From IMG/VR virus record IMGVR_UViG_3300028577_000006: a stretch of 64,000 bases of DNA. The stretch is one strand, 5' to 3'. The translations under genes were made by a program, and so were the position numbers. Positions 1 through 9,959 of the stretch are shown here, piece after piece; within the stretch, counting starts at the first letter, position 1; each line of letters starts with the position of its first letter. Below the pieces are notes generated by a model that was given only the letters and a program-made list of their open reading frames with translations, was not told the origin of the DNA and searched no databases. This DNA comes from a virus (taxonomy: Duplodnaviria; Heunggongvirae; Uroviricota; Caudoviricetes).

Positions 1-242
1 CCTTGCTCCTGACCGGATGCTCATCAGCGTGTCCAAGCTGGTCTTCCGCGACGGTTGCTGGCCATCGAGTAGAGTGGTGCCGGTGAGCCGCGTCTGGCGT
101 GATAGAAGCCGCTGAGCCTGGAAATATTCCGAATATGCCAATGCTTACGTGTTAGGCAACACGTGTGCCACGCGACGCTTGTGACACACTTTTTTCGCTC
201 CGCGCTTGCTTTGGCCGGAGGGCTCGTCTAAGACGACCGGCT

Positions 243-971
243 ATGTCGAACAAGAACATGGTGGTCGGCCTGCTTCTCTCGTGCGGATCGGTGGCGCTCT
301 GCGCTGTTGGCACGGGCGAGGCTCAGGACGACCGGTTGTTGGCGGTCGCAGCGCAGGTCCCGGTGGTCGTGGTCGAAGCGGCTGGCGAGCTGCATCTGGC
401 GCTCGATGATGGTCAGGTTGCCCCGCGCCTGCCCCATGTGACCCGGGACGACGCTCTGATGGCCTCGCGCGCATGCGCACACGAGAGCACCTTCCGTGGC
501 GGTCGCGGCGGGACGTTCGACTGTGGCGCCCAGATCCAGGTCATCCAGACGCGCCGTGGCGAGCACGAGACCTTCACCCACGCCCTGCTCCGCACGATGC
601 CGCGTTTCGCCGCGCACACGACGGATCGGTCTTGGGTCCATGCTCTTCCGGCGGGTCCGATCCGCGGCGACATCCCTGGCTGGCCGTACGCGTACCCTGC
701 GCGTCACGACTCGGATGCCTGGCACTCCGTCTATCAGCGCGTCAGCGATTTCATGCTCGGCCGTGAAGCCTTGCCGTGTGCGCAGCCACCTGAGCAGTGG
801 TTTGGCCGCCGGGTCGATCACGAGGCGCTTCAGGCGCGCCTGGACAGTGGCCGATGGATGGAGGCCGACTGCAATCCGGGTGGCGCCCACGAGACGCAGA
901 CGCTGAACGCGTACCTCACGCGAGTTCGCATCGCGCGCCGTGATGTGTCGTTGGACGAAGCGACCCGGTGA
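243..971 (+). CDS. Exported protein, weakly cell-wall-hydrolase-like
   Basis: N-terminal hydrophobic signal (MVVGLLLSCGSVALCAVG); 'RACAHEST..DCGAQIQVIQTRR' loosely resembles a SleB-like N-terminus; GTGA overlap with rfbB. Confidence 0.45.
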   Translation: MSNKNMVVGLLLSCGSVALCAVGTGEAQDDRLLAVAAQVPVVVVEAAGELHLALDDGQVAPRLPHVTRDDALMASRACAHESTFRGGRGGTFDCGAQIQVIQTRRGEHETFTHALLRTMPRFAAHTTDRSWVHALPAGPIRGDIPGWPYAYPARHDSDAWHSVYQRVSDFMLGREALPCAQPPEQWFGRRVDHEALQARLDSGRWMEADCNPGGAHETQTLNAYLTRVRIARRDVSLDEATR

Positions 972-1984
972 TCGTCTGGGTCACCGGCGGCGCCGGGTTC
1001 ATCGGATCGGCGTTCCTGCTGCGCTCGCTTCAGCGGTATCCAGATCGCCGATTCGTCAATGTCGACAAGCTCACGTACGCCGCGAATCTCTCGTCGCTCG
1101 TGAGCATCGCGCACGAACCGCGTTACAGGCTAGCCCGCCTGGATCTGGCGGATGACTCGGCCGCGCTCGACGAGCTGGCGGCACAGGAGCCGCCGGACAT
1201 CATCGTGCACTTGGCCGCCGAGAGCCACGTTGATCGCAGCATCCACGGCCCACGCGAGTTTCTGCGCTCGAACATCGAGGGGACGTTCAAGCTGCTTGAA
1301 CTGGCACGCCGGCACTGGGGCAAGCGCAGGGATGTGCGTTTTCATCACGTGAGCACGGATGAGGTCTACGGATCTCTCGGAGAGACCGGCCTGTTCCACG
1401 AGACGAGTCGGTACGATCCGTCCAGCCCGTACTCGGCCACGAAGGCGGCGAGCGATCATCTCGTTCGGGCGTGGCATCGCACGTACGACCTTCCTATCAG
1501 CATCACGAACTGCTCGAACAACTACGGGCCCAGGCAGTTTCCAGAGAAGCTGATCCCGCTGATCATCCACAACCTGCTCGCACGCAAGCCGCTGCCGATC
1601 TACGGCAAGGGCACGCACGTTCGCGACTGGCTCTACGTCGATGATCATGTCGATGCCATCTGGTCGGCCATCGAGCGTGGTGCGCCAGGCGCCACGTACA
1701 ACGTCGGCGGCAATCAGGAGAAGCAGAACATCGAGATCGTCGATGCACTCTGTCGCATGGTCGCTGAAGAGACGGGCGCCGCCGAGGCGGAGCTTCTGGG
1801 CCTCAAGACCTTCGTGACAGATCGCCCCGGGCACGACCAGCGGTACGCGATCGATGCGAGCCGTATCCGGGAGACGTGCGGGTGGACGCCGGCCGAGACG
1901 TTCGAGACCGGGCTTCGGAAGACCGTCCGTTGGTACCTGGCGAACCAGGCTTGGCTGGAATCTGCGATGCCTGCGCGTCCGTAG
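968..1984 (+). CDS. rfbB: dTDP-glucose 4,6-dehydratase
   Basis: TGGAGFIGS, DKLTYA, HLAAESHVDRSI, HVSTDEVYG, PYSATKA (YxxxK), NNYGP.QFPEKLIP, DRPGHD.RYA. Confidence 0.97.
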   Translation: MIVWVTGGAGFIGSAFLLRSLQRYPDRRFVNVDKLTYAANLSSLVSIAHEPRYRLARLDLADDSAALDELAAQEPPDIIVHLAAESHVDRSIHGPREFLRSNIEGTFKLLELARRHWGKRRDVRFHHVSTDEVYGSLGETGLFHETSRYDPSSPYSATKAASDHLVRAWHRTYDLPISITNCSNNYGPRQFPEKLIPLIIHNLLARKPLPIYGKGTHVRDWLYVDDHVDAIWSAIERGAPGATYNVGGNQEKQNIEIVDALCRMVAEETGAAEAELLGLKTFVTDRPGHDQRYAIDASRIRETCGWTPAETFETGLRKTVRWYLANQAWLESAMPARP

Positions 1985-1987
1985 CCG

Positions 1988-2000
1988 ACTGTCGGACAGT
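1988..2000. promoter_or_regulatory. TGTC-N-GACA palindromic operator-like site
   Basis: ACTGTC-G-GACAGT between rfbB and HNH; GACTGTCRGACAGTGGCA is shared with 16946-16963. Confidence 0.65.
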
Positions 2001-2038
2001 GGCATGAGCCTACAGCGCCGAGGTATGCTCAGTCGTCC

Positions 2039-2737
2039 ATGGCTCGATGTGTGTACACCGAAGAGGAACGTGCTGCGGCGGCGATAGCGTCGCAAGCGCG
2101 CAGGCGTGCCAAGTACGCGCAGAACATCGACGGTAGCCGAGACAAGGCGCATGCGTGGAATCGCGCATACGCGTTCAAGAACAAGAGGCCACGCAAGGTC
2201 TACACGCCGGAAGAGCGCAAGGAGGCCGAGAAGCGGTGGCAGAAAAAGTACCGGGCATCAGCGAAGGGCCGCGCCACGGTTTCCGCTGCACAGAAGGCGT
2301 ACTTGCAAACGGAAGCCGGCAAGGCTAGCCAGGCCCGTGGTTACCAGAATAGCAAAAAGCTGACTCCGGAGAAAAAGGCGGCGAAGGACGCCCGTCTCGC
2401 TCGTTGGTATGCAACGCCGAAGGGTAAGGCCCGTGTCGCCGCCAACAATCTCCGTCGTAGGACAGATGGCAAAATCGACCCGTCCGACTTGGCAGAGGTT
2501 CAAAAGGCACGCGTCTGTTACTACTGCGGAGTTGGCATCTCCCTCCTGACTGAAGCGAAGGGTAAGCGGTACCATCCGTACCGGCTCACCATCGATCACA
2601 TGATGCCGATCGCACGTGGCGGATCTAGCAAGCTAGACAATCTGGTGGCAGCTTGTGGCGAATGCAACAGCTCCAAGTGTGCCATGACCGCAGATGAGTT
2701 CTTTGCGGCTGGCCTGAGACTCAACGGAGGTATCTGA
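2039..2737 (+). CDS. HNH endonuclease
   Basis: CYYCG...TIDHMMPIARGG...NLVAACGECNSSK; basic N-terminus with repeated VYT.EER. Confidence 0.9.
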   Translation: MARCVYTEEERAAAAIASQARRRAKYAQNIDGSRDKAHAWNRAYAFKNKRPRKVYTPEERKEAEKRWQKKYRASAKGRATVSAAQKAYLQTEAGKASQARGYQNSKKLTPEKKAAKDARLARWYATPKGKARVAANNLRRRTDGKIDPSDLAEVQKARVCYYCGVGISLLTEAKGKRYHPYRLTIDHMMPIARGGSSKLDNLVAACGECNSSKCAMTADEFFAAGLRLNGGI

Positions 2738-3694
2738 ATGTCTGCCGCGCCGCCCATTAATCCATCCACCGCCAGGGTCGTGAGCCATTTCGGCGTGAGG
2801 CCGAGCCGTCGATCCGGTGCTCCTCACTTCCACGCAGGACTTGACCTGTCGACCGTGCGCGGTCGTGGTGAGCCCGTGTTCGCTGTTGATGACGGCACCG
2901 TGTTCATGATCGGTCACAACGAATCGCCAGGACAGCTTTCTGGCTACGGAAACGCTGTTATTCTGCGACTCGCCGATGGAGTCACGTACCCACTGTACGG
3001 ACACTTGGACTCCGTGGCAGTGACTCAAGGTCAGCAGGTCCGAGCTGGTCAGTTGGTTGGCAGAATGGGTAGCACGACCAACGGGCAGTTCAGTCCGATG
3101 CCTGGGCAGTCGGTTGCGGACTGGACGGCCCGTGCGCGCTCACGCGGGTACAATAGCGGTCCAATGGTACCACATTTGCATTTTGAGGTTCGCACGCGTT
3201 CTGACGCGCCGCCATGGCCAGGCCCATATCCGCAGAGCCAAGCGCAAGCGATTTACTCGATCGATCCGATGCCATGGCTACGCGCCAAGGGCATTGTCTT
3301 CACTTCGCGTGGCGGGGTGTCGATTCAGCCAGGTAGCGAGGCTGCCGCGAGTCAGGCTCAGTGGGGTCCGCTCATCCAAGCGAGCGAGTCAATGGCAGGA
3401 CTCGGCGTGCTGGATACGACATCGAGCAAGGACACGAGTTCGTCGCTGACGACATCGTCCTCGGTCGCCGATCCGGTGGATCCTGGCAAGTACGATCCGA
3501 ACGGCTACGAGCCAGTCACGTTCGAGCGCGATGTTCGCTTCGGCTTCACGCCGATCGAATGGGGCGCTCTGGGACTCGGAACAGTGACGCTCGCTGGCGG
3601 TCTCGCCTACTACGCGCTCTACCGCGGTCGCACTGGACCGCTAACCGTGACCGCGAATCGTCGTCGCGTGAAGCACAAGAAGAGGACGCGATGA
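2738..3694 (+). CDS. M23-family (LytM) peptidoglycan endopeptidase with C-terminal membrane anchor
   Basis: HAGLD (HxxxD), YGNAV, YGHL, PHLHFEVR (HxH); C-terminal hydrophobic helix followed by a basic tail. Confidence 0.9.
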   Translation: MSAAPPINPSTARVVSHFGVRPSRRSGAPHFHAGLDLSTVRGRGEPVFAVDDGTVFMIGHNESPGQLSGYGNAVILRLADGVTYPLYGHLDSVAVTQGQQVRAGQLVGRMGSTTNGQFSPMPGQSVADWTARARSRGYNSGPMVPHLHFEVRTRSDAPPWPGPYPQSQAQAIYSIDPMPWLRAKGIVFTSRGGVSIQPGSEAAASQAQWGPLIQASESMAGLGVLDTTSSKDTSSSLTTSSSVADPVDPGKYDPNGYEPVTFERDVRFGFTPIEWGALGLGTVTLAGGLAYYALYRGRTGPLTVTANRRRVKHKKRTR

Positions 3695-4185
3695 GGAACG
3701 TCATCCTGCGCTCGCTGACATGGCCGCTCTTCATCGGTACCCTGCTCGCCTGGATCATCAAGCTGATCTGGGGTGAGAGCGGCGCGTGGAACGGCAATGG
3801 CGTGTACATCGTGCGCTTGCGCGAGGGCACGTGGTTCGCGAAGAAGTACGCCGGCTGGGGCGGAACGACGTTCGGTTTCGGCATCATCGTGACGAAGACC
3901 GCTGACGACGCGATCATCGCGCACGAGATGGTTCACGTGGAGCAGTTCGAAGACGCAACCGTTGGCGGCTTCTTCCTCGGTCTCATCGCGCTCGCCATCG
4001 TGCACAGCTGGTGGGGCATCGGAGCGCTGTTTGCGTGCTGGATGCTCGCTGTGTGGGCCGTTTACTTCTCCGGTACTCTGGTTGCGTGGCTTCGGTCTGA
4101 GCCGAACGCCTATCGCGGCAACGCCTGGGAAGAGGCCGCCCGCGCAATCACGCAGGTGACGTGTACGCCTAACAAGGCCTCATGA
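3691..4185 (+). CDS. Membrane protein with HExxH zinc-peptidase-like motif
   Basis: AHEMVHVEQ...NAWEEAAR; several hydrophobic segments. Confidence 0.6.
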   Translation: MRNVILRSLTWPLFIGTLLAWIIKLIWGESGAWNGNGVYIVRLREGTWFAKKYAGWGGTTFGFGIIVTKTADDAIIAHEMVHVEQFEDATVGGFFLGLIALAIVHSWWGIGALFACWMLAVWAVYFSGTLVAWLRSEPNAYRGNAWEEAARAITQVTCTPNKAS

Positions 4186-4520
4186 ACTGGCCGCTCGTCG
4201 CGTTGGTTGCTGCGATCGCGGCGCTTACGCTCGCCTTCTGGTTGAAGCACCAGGGCGACATGCTGTACGGCCGTGTGATTGACGCCGTCGCTCAGCGCAA
4301 CAAGATCGTCTTGAAGGCTGATGAGCGCGAATGGTGCGTGAAAGAAGCATGTGGCCGCTGGGTGTTGATGATGTTCCTCGGGTTCATCACTATCTCTATG
4401 GGCGCACTCTTCCCCGACGGCGACGGCGAAGAGGCGATGCTCGATGCGGCGGCAGCGCGCTGCGAAGACACGGTCGTGCACGCCTTGATGCACTATCGGC
4501 AAGATCATTCGGAGCCGTAA
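4182..4520 (+). CDS. Hypothetical membrane protein
   Basis: Coupled ORF with two hydrophobic segments. Confidence 0.6.
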   Translation: MNWPLVALVAAIAALTLAFWLKHQGDMLYGRVIDAVAQRNKIVLKADEREWCVKEACGRWVLMMFLGFITISMGALFPDGDGEEAMLDAAAARCEDTVVHALMHYRQDHSEP

Positions 4521-4521
4521 C

Positions 4522-4737
4522 GTGTATCGGGTCACGATGCTCCTGGATGCCGACTCGCAGCACGTGTTTCACACCTGCGATACGCTTGATGATGCGACCC
4601 GCGAAGCGCTCGTCCTTTCGCAGGCAGCTCGTCGCCGGACAGAAGATCCCAGCCTGTGCTGGGTCGACATCCGCGATGTCAGGAACGTCGTTCTGAAGCA
4701 GGTGAACTTCTGGTTCCCGAACAAAGCTCATCCGTAG
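4522..4737 (+). CDS. Hypothetical protein
   Basis: Fits operon packing. Confidence 0.5.
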   Translation: MYRVTMLLDADSQHVFHTCDTLDDATREALVLSQAARRRTEDPSLCWVDIRDVRNVVLKQVNFWFPNKAHP

Positions 4738-4777
4738 CGCTGGGGTCCTGAACAGCCGTACATGCTAGGCTTGTGGC

Positions 4778-5428
4778 ATGGGCAGGCTCGAAGCGGCAGG
4801 CTTTGACGGCGACGTACTTGACTTCGGCACACCAGCCAGGCGGTCGGCGGTGCTGCTGCGTCCGACTGCTGATGGCGCTCGGGTAGAGGCGCCCAGCGAC
4901 AGGTGGACTGCGTTCGATCGGCCCGTGCTGTTCCCGAACGAGTCGTGTGGTTGTTTGGTGCTTGGCCTCGACGACGTCGCGCTGCTTCGCGATGGCGAAC
5001 TACCGACGCCTCGTCTACGGACGTTTGCCCGCGCACTCGCGTCTCCTTCGGCGCAGCGTGCTCAGGGGATCGTGATGGTCGACGGCGTCTTGGTGTGGGT
5101 GACGCAGGAGGCAGACGCCTACGCGCTCTTGGCGGTGCTCCATACGCTTCTCTTCGAGAAGACGATCGAAGCCTTGGTCGACGGCCGCCTCGACGCCGCG
5201 AATGCGCTTGCCTGGCGCCTGCTGCGCGCTTCCGTTTCCGTGGAGGAGAAGGCCATGGCAATCGCCAGTCTGGAGCGCTCCCAGTATCCAGAGCATGCTC
5301 AGCTGGCTCTCGGCAGACCCTCATCCCTTACGGCGCCAGAGCGATCGGTTCTGGAAGGGTTGCTTTTCCACGCGCGTCAGGGGCTTGCCGGCGCGCTCTG
5401 TATCTACGGTCCGAGACGCGCTTCCTGA
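4778..5428 (+). CDS. Hypothetical protein, probably leaderless
   Basis: TGC-TAGGCT -10 lies 6 nt before the ATG. Confidence 0.6.
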   Translation: MGRLEAAGFDGDVLDFGTPARRSAVLLRPTADGARVEAPSDRWTAFDRPVLFPNESCGCLVLGLDDVALLRDGELPTPRLRTFARALASPSAQRAQGIVMVDGVLVWVTQEADAYALLAVLHTLLFEKTIEALVDGRLDAANALAWRLLRASVSVEEKAMAIASLERSQYPEHAQLALGRPSSLTAPERSVLEGLLFHARQGLAGALCIYGPRRAS

Positions 5429-5473
5429 TGTCGGACAGATTCGGATCCTAGGCTCTTGCGTCTTGCGCGGGTC

Positions 5474-5893
5474 ATGCGTACCGTCAGCCGGATGAACAAC
5501 GGCAACCCCCGCAACATCTGGACCGAAGACAAGGGGCAGGTGCTCGACGCCGTTGCCTCGATCGAAGGCGGCGATCGCCTGGTCCCCGACGAGACGAAGG
5601 TCAGCGAGACGGCGGTCAAGCAGGGCGTGCTCTGTACCAGCGACTGCCCGTACTGTTCGTCGCAGATCAAGCACATCATTCTCTGGGGCGAGTTCGCCGC
5701 GTACGCGCTCGGCCAGCCGCTTCCGGACACGCGGGCCACGACGGGGGGCGTCGACTACGGCGCGAAGTGCGGCGGATGCCACCGCAAGACGACGGTCCGG
5801 CTCACATGGCCGGAAGTTACGAAGTACGTGGAGGATGGGGTTCGGCGCGGCGCGCTGAAGCCGGAGATCCTCCGCACGCTCTACGGGAAGTGA
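5474..5893 (+). CDS. Zinc-ribbon protein
   Basis: CPYC...CGGC; TGTCGGACA at 5429-5437 upstream. Confidence 0.6.
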   Translation: MRTVSRMNNGNPRNIWTEDKGQVLDAVASIEGGDRLVPDETKVSETAVKQGVLCTSDCPYCSSQIKHIILWGEFAAYALGQPLPDTRATTGGVDYGAKCGGCHRKTTVRLTWPEVTKYVEDGVRRGALKPEILRTLYGK

Positions 5894-5934
5894 TCAGAGG
5901 GCTGGGCGCCACGACGCACAAGACGGAGGGTCTG

Positions 5935-6831
5935 ATGGACGAGCAGAACGAGAGAGTCATCGCGGCCGAAGAGCGAGCAGAGGCGGAAGCCGAAGCGCGG
6001 CGGGCGGCCGAAGAGGCTAACCGCGTCGAATGCGTGCGCATGCACGAGTTCCGCAAGAAGCTTTCCCGACGGCAGACGGAGGCGCTGGCAGCCTGTGCTT
6101 CGGTGCTGGCCGCGCTCGATGAAGGCTCGACGTTCGAAGACGAGCCGGAGGTCGAGACCGCACGTCGCCGAGTGTTGAACGCCCTCACCGAGAGCTTCTT
6201 CGATCCGCCGGTTCCAGCGCCGTCGCCGTGGCTCACGATCGCCGAGACGCTGCGCGATAGTTTGCCCGACATCGCCGAGGCACTCGCGAATGCGCGCAGC
6301 GTCTCTGATCAAGTTGCCAACCCCGGCCCGGGCTTCGGCTCCGGGTACACCTCGGCGCAGCAGACGCCGCCCGCTTCGTCGGTCACGGTCACGCCGGGCG
6401 TGAAGTCGCTTCTCGTCGGTCACATCGTGTCGACGCCATTCGGAGTCATGAAAGTCATCGAGACGCAGTTCGGCGTTCTTGGCCTGATTCCGGTGACGCC
6501 GGAGCGCGCGGCGCAGGCGGTCAAGGTTGATTCGGGACCTGTCTCCGGTGAGTTCGTCCAGTACGCCGAAGAACAGCGCTCCATGCTCATGCGCGCGGCG
6601 CAGATGGTTCACACATCGATCGTGAACGGCGACAGCCCGGCGTCGTTCGTCGGTGATCTCGTCGAGACGGTGCCGTCGTCGATCTGGCGTCAGTTCTGCG
6701 AGAGGCAGGATGACGAGATCTGCGCGGCCGTCCGGTCGTACGCGCCGAGCACTGCGGGCGCCACGCCGGCCGGCCAGGCGTTCATCCGCACGGCACTGGC
6801 CCTCCTTCGCGAGGAAAACGAGGACTTCTAG
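5935..6831 (+). CDS. Hypothetical protein
   Basis: GGAGG RBS; long ORF with N-terminal coiled coil. Confidence 0.7.
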   Translation: MDEQNERVIAAEERAEAEAEARRAAEEANRVECVRMHEFRKKLSRRQTEALAACASVLAALDEGSTFEDEPEVETARRRVLNALTESFFDPPVPAPSPWLTIAETLRDSLPDIAEALANARSVSDQVANPGPGFGSGYTSAQQTPPASSVTVTPGVKSLLVGHIVSTPFGVMKVIETQFGVLGLIPVTPERAAQAVKVDSGPVSGEFVQYAEEQRSMLMRAAQMVHTSIVNGDSPASFVGDLVETVPSSIWRQFCERQDDEICAAVRSYAPSTAGATPAGQAFIRTALALLREENEDF

Positions 6832-7310
6832 CGTTCGCTGCGCGCAACCGGCGGCCACTTCCCGCCGAGCTTCTTGAGCTTCTTCTCGGCGACCTCGCGG
6901 AACCCATCGACAGCAGCGCGAAAGCGCACGAGCGTCGAGCGGGCCGCGAGGTCGTAGCCGGCGTCGATCATCGCGACATCGATCTGGTCGAGCCGGAACA
7001 GCCAGCCGATGAAGAACGCGACGTCGCCGATGACCATCGCGCGCATCGCGGTGTTCTCGCTCGTGTCCCAGAGCAGGCGAAGATGCTTCTGAACGAACTT
7101 CGGCAGCTTCGTGTACGGGACGCGTTGCTGCATGAAGAGTTCTTCGCGCATCTGCTTCCACGCCAGGATGAACGGCGCCGCCAGAAGTTCCTTGCCACCC
7201 CGGTCGCGCATGGTCGGCGAGCGAGGAAGCCCGGTCACGCGATGCGCGAGCGGGTCTTCGTAGTCGACGTGCGCCTCTACCTGGGACAGGTACGGATCGC
7301 TGTCGGTCAT
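6828..7310 (-). CDS. Hypothetical protein
   Basis: ATGA-coupled to the phosphatase gene. Confidence 0.65.
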   Translation of the reverse strand: MTDSDPYLSQVEAHVDYEDPLAHRVTGLPRSPTMRDRGGKELLAAPFILAWKQMREELFMQQRVPYTKLPKFVQKHLRLLWDTSENTAMRAMVIGDVAFFIGWLFRLDQIDVAMIDAGYDLAARSTLVRFRAAVDGFREVAEKKLKKLGGKWPPVARSER

Positions 7311-7774
7311 CGGATCGCGTACGTGTTCCGCAGGAACTGTTCGAACATCGGGTTCGAGAGAGCTTCCTGCTCGCTGCTGGTACGCCGCTGCTTGATGAGG
7401 GCGACGGCGTTGGCGCCGCTCATGCCATTCAGGCGCATGAGTGTGAGGCCCATGAGCAGCCCCGAGCGGTTCGCGCCCATGTAGCAGGTGATCAGCACGC
7501 GGTGACCGCGGCGCACGTGATCGGCGCACGTGCCTGCCAGCTGCCAGAGGTTGCGCGCGATCTCTTGCGAGACGGGACGGTAGATGTCGTCGTCCAGCTG
7601 CGCGTAGTAGGCCTGCTTGCCGCGCGGCAGGTTGCGGAACTTCGGCTGGCACTCTTCGGCCGTGTACACGACGACGTCGAAGTGCTCGAAGATCTTCGGC
7701 GTGTTCCCCGGGAACGCGCCCTGGGCGAGCCGGTTGGGAATGATAAAATCGTGGTTGTACGAACCGCTACTCAT
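7307..7774 (-). CDS. Dual-specificity/tyrosine phosphatase family (CX5R)
   Basis: VLITCYMGANRSG P-loop; upstream acid loop LDDD. Confidence 0.85.
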   Translation of the reverse strand: MSSGSYNHDFIIPNRLAQGAFPGNTPKIFEHFDVVVYTAEECQPKFRNLPRGKQAYYAQLDDDIYRPVSQEIARNLWQLAGTCADHVRRGHRVLITCYMGANRSGLLMGLTLMRLNGMSGANAVALIKQRRTSSEQEALSNPMFEQFLRNTYAIR

Positions 7775-7882
7775 CTACGTCGTCTCCTGTTCGGTGTTTG
7801 ATGGTGACGCGTCGTCCACCACACCGCTCCTAGCGTAAGGATCGCTGCTCCACCCACGGCCACGCCGACCCCGATCCAAGGG

Positions 7883-8428
7883 TCAGACGTGACCGCCGAC
7901 AAGAGGGTGGGCGAGTCTCCGCTGCACCTCGTTGGCCATCGCATCGCCCCAGGGCTCTGCGCCCGTGAGCGTGAAGTGCGGGTTGATCGGGAAGGTGGCC
8001 GTTGGCGGCTGATGTGGAAGTGACGTGCTGGTGAACGGGTACGCGTCGATGAAGTCGCCGCCGAAGACCTGCTGGTGGATTGCCTTGACCTGATCGCCGA
8101 TCGCTTGCTGTGCCGGATCGGCGTACTGCGGCGGCCCTGACAGTAGCACCTTGGGCCGCACCGACTGCTTCATCCGCGTGAGCGCGCTGCGCAGGTTGTC
8201 GTTCGGCGCATCGTTGTGGCCGAAGATCAAGAGGATGATGTCTGGTCGGAACGAGTTCACCGCGCCGACGTACGAGTTCCACAGGTCGGAGAGGCGTACG
8301 TAGTCGTACGGACCTTTGCCGTCGTTCTCGATCTTCTGGACGGAGTGTCCAAGCGCTTCGAGCTTGCGCTGGGCGACAATGCCCGGGTTGCCGCTTTGGC
8401 TGTCACCCACAATCAGGATCCTAGACAT
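7883..8428 (-). CDS. SGNH/GDSL hydrolase
   Basis: ILIVGDSQ (block I), FGHND (block III), INPHF (block V variant). Confidence 0.8.
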   Translation of the reverse strand: MSRILIVGDSQSGNPGIVAQRKLEALGHSVQKIENDGKGPYDYVRLSDLWNSYVGAVNSFRPDIILLIFGHNDAPNDNLRSALTRMKQSVRPKVLLSGPPQYADPAQQAIGDQVKAIHQQVFGGDFIDAYPFTSTSLPHQPPTATFPINPHFTLTGAEPWGDAMANEVQRRLAHPLVGGHV

Positions 8429-8486
8429 GCGGCACATCGTACCAGGTGGACATGTCTGACGCGACCGTGTTAGCTTGCGACACACC

Positions 8487-9425
8487 ATGACCAACTGGTT
8501 CACGCTCAACGGGTACTCGGGGATCCTTCTGCCGGGCGCGGTGCCGATCTCGCTCGCTGACTTCGCGCCGCTGGTCGGTGCGGCACCGGTCGCGCACATG
8601 GACCGCGCCGTCTGGCTCACCTCGCAGGTCGAGGCTCCGAAGTGGGGCACCGTGCAGGGCTACGACGGCGCGGCGATGTCGGGCGGTCTTCTGCACAACG
8701 TGTCGGTGCTGCCCAAGACAGTGGCGCAGGGAGACCTGTTCGGGTTGCTTGCGAAGATCTTCGAGTACGTCGATGCGAAGGGTGCCGCGAACGTGCCCGT
8801 CACGAACATGCGCCAGGCGCTTCAGGCCAAGGGCTGGACCGTGGCGCGCGACGGAGTGCTGCGGAACGCCAGCGGCCTGAAGGTGTCGGGGCAGGACATC
8901 CGCAACGAGTTCACGCCGCCCGACGGCAAGGTGCCGAGGCAGGGGCCGCAGTTCGACCAGGCGATGCGCTGGGCGATGCTTTTCCACAACCTCTTCTCGG
9001 ATCCTGGAACGCGCCGCGCGCAGATCGACTACGCCGCGCTCTGGCTTGCCCGCGGCAAGTCGGACCTGGAGATGTCCGTCTACCGCAAGTTCGCGGTCGG
9101 CCTGGACACTCCGGTCCATCTGCCGAGCACGATGCTTCCTGTTCCGGTCGACCTGGCCATGTGCGTCTATCACAGCTTCTCGGTCAACGCGCCTGCGACC
9201 GCGGCCGAGTGTCTGGAGCAGGCGATGGCACTCGTTGACCCGAGCGCGACTGCCGAGAAGTTTGCGACCGCGCTTCTTCGTCGCCTCGGCAAGCGCGAGT
9301 TCGGCAAGTGGACGGACAAGCCGGGCGATGGCGACGACCGCTACGACCGTACGCGCAAGGCTGTGTGGGCTTCTGGTATCTGGGACACAACTCTCACGCA
9401 TCAGCTGATGCCGACGGACCTCTGA
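8487..9425 (+). CDS. Putative lysozyme-like glycoside hydrolase
   Basis: 'TSQVE..WGTVQGYDGAAMSGGLLH' resembles the E...YD.A..S.G motif of lysozyme-superfamily phage proteins. Confidence 0.45.
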   Translation: MTNWFTLNGYSGILLPGAVPISLADFAPLVGAAPVAHMDRAVWLTSQVEAPKWGTVQGYDGAAMSGGLLHNVSVLPKTVAQGDLFGLLAKIFEYVDAKGAANVPVTNMRQALQAKGWTVARDGVLRNASGLKVSGQDIRNEFTPPDGKVPRQGPQFDQAMRWAMLFHNLFSDPGTRRAQIDYAALWLARGKSDLEMSVYRKFAVGLDTPVHLPSTMLPVPVDLAMCVYHSFSVNAPATAAECLEQAMALVDPSATAEKFATALLRRLGKREFGKWTDKPGDGDDRYDRTRKAVWASGIWDTTLTHQLMPTDL

Positions 9426-9427
9426 TC

Positions 9428-9949
9428 ATGACCACCAAGCGCATCTACGATCACATCCTTCGCATTCACCACGACGCCGGCTTCGATCTCCGCAAGGAGA
9501 TGTTTGGCCTGACGTCGGTGATGCCAATCTTTGCGCGCGGCGACAGCGACATTGCCGTCAGCAACCATCAGGCTCACATCCCGCTGCGGCGCATCGAGAA
9601 CATCGTCGTGAGCATGATGTTCTTCACGAAGTTCCTTCACGCTGGTATGGAAACGGAAGCCGAAGACGCCTGCCTGGATGGCCTTCGCGTATGCGCGCAC
9701 ATCAACGGCGGCGAGCACGTCGCTCTCGCAACTCGATTCGTCTGTGGGTCGAGCGGACGCGTTGTGGAAGTTCCAGGTGCAACCTCGGTCTCGGCTACGC
9801 CCATCGAGAGGCTGAACCTGGTCGTGCACTCGACGTCTTCAGCGCTGGATCACATGTTGGGAATGGTCCCAGATGGGCGCACCATGAAGCCCGGAGTGTC
9901 CAGCATGAATCGCGCGGTGCGCATCACATGCGACGCAACGCTGCCCTGA
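9428..9949 (+). CDS. Hypothetical protein
   Basis: Operon packing. Confidence 0.6.
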   Translation: MTTKRIYDHILRIHHDAGFDLRKEMFGLTSVMPIFARGDSDIAVSNHQAHIPLRRIENIVVSMMFFTKFLHAGMETEAEDACLDGLRVCAHINGGEHVALATRFVCGSSGRVVEVPGATSVSATPIERLNLVVHSTSSALDHMLGMVPDGRTMKPGVSSMNRAVRITCDATLP

Positions 9950-9959
9950 AGGAGACACG

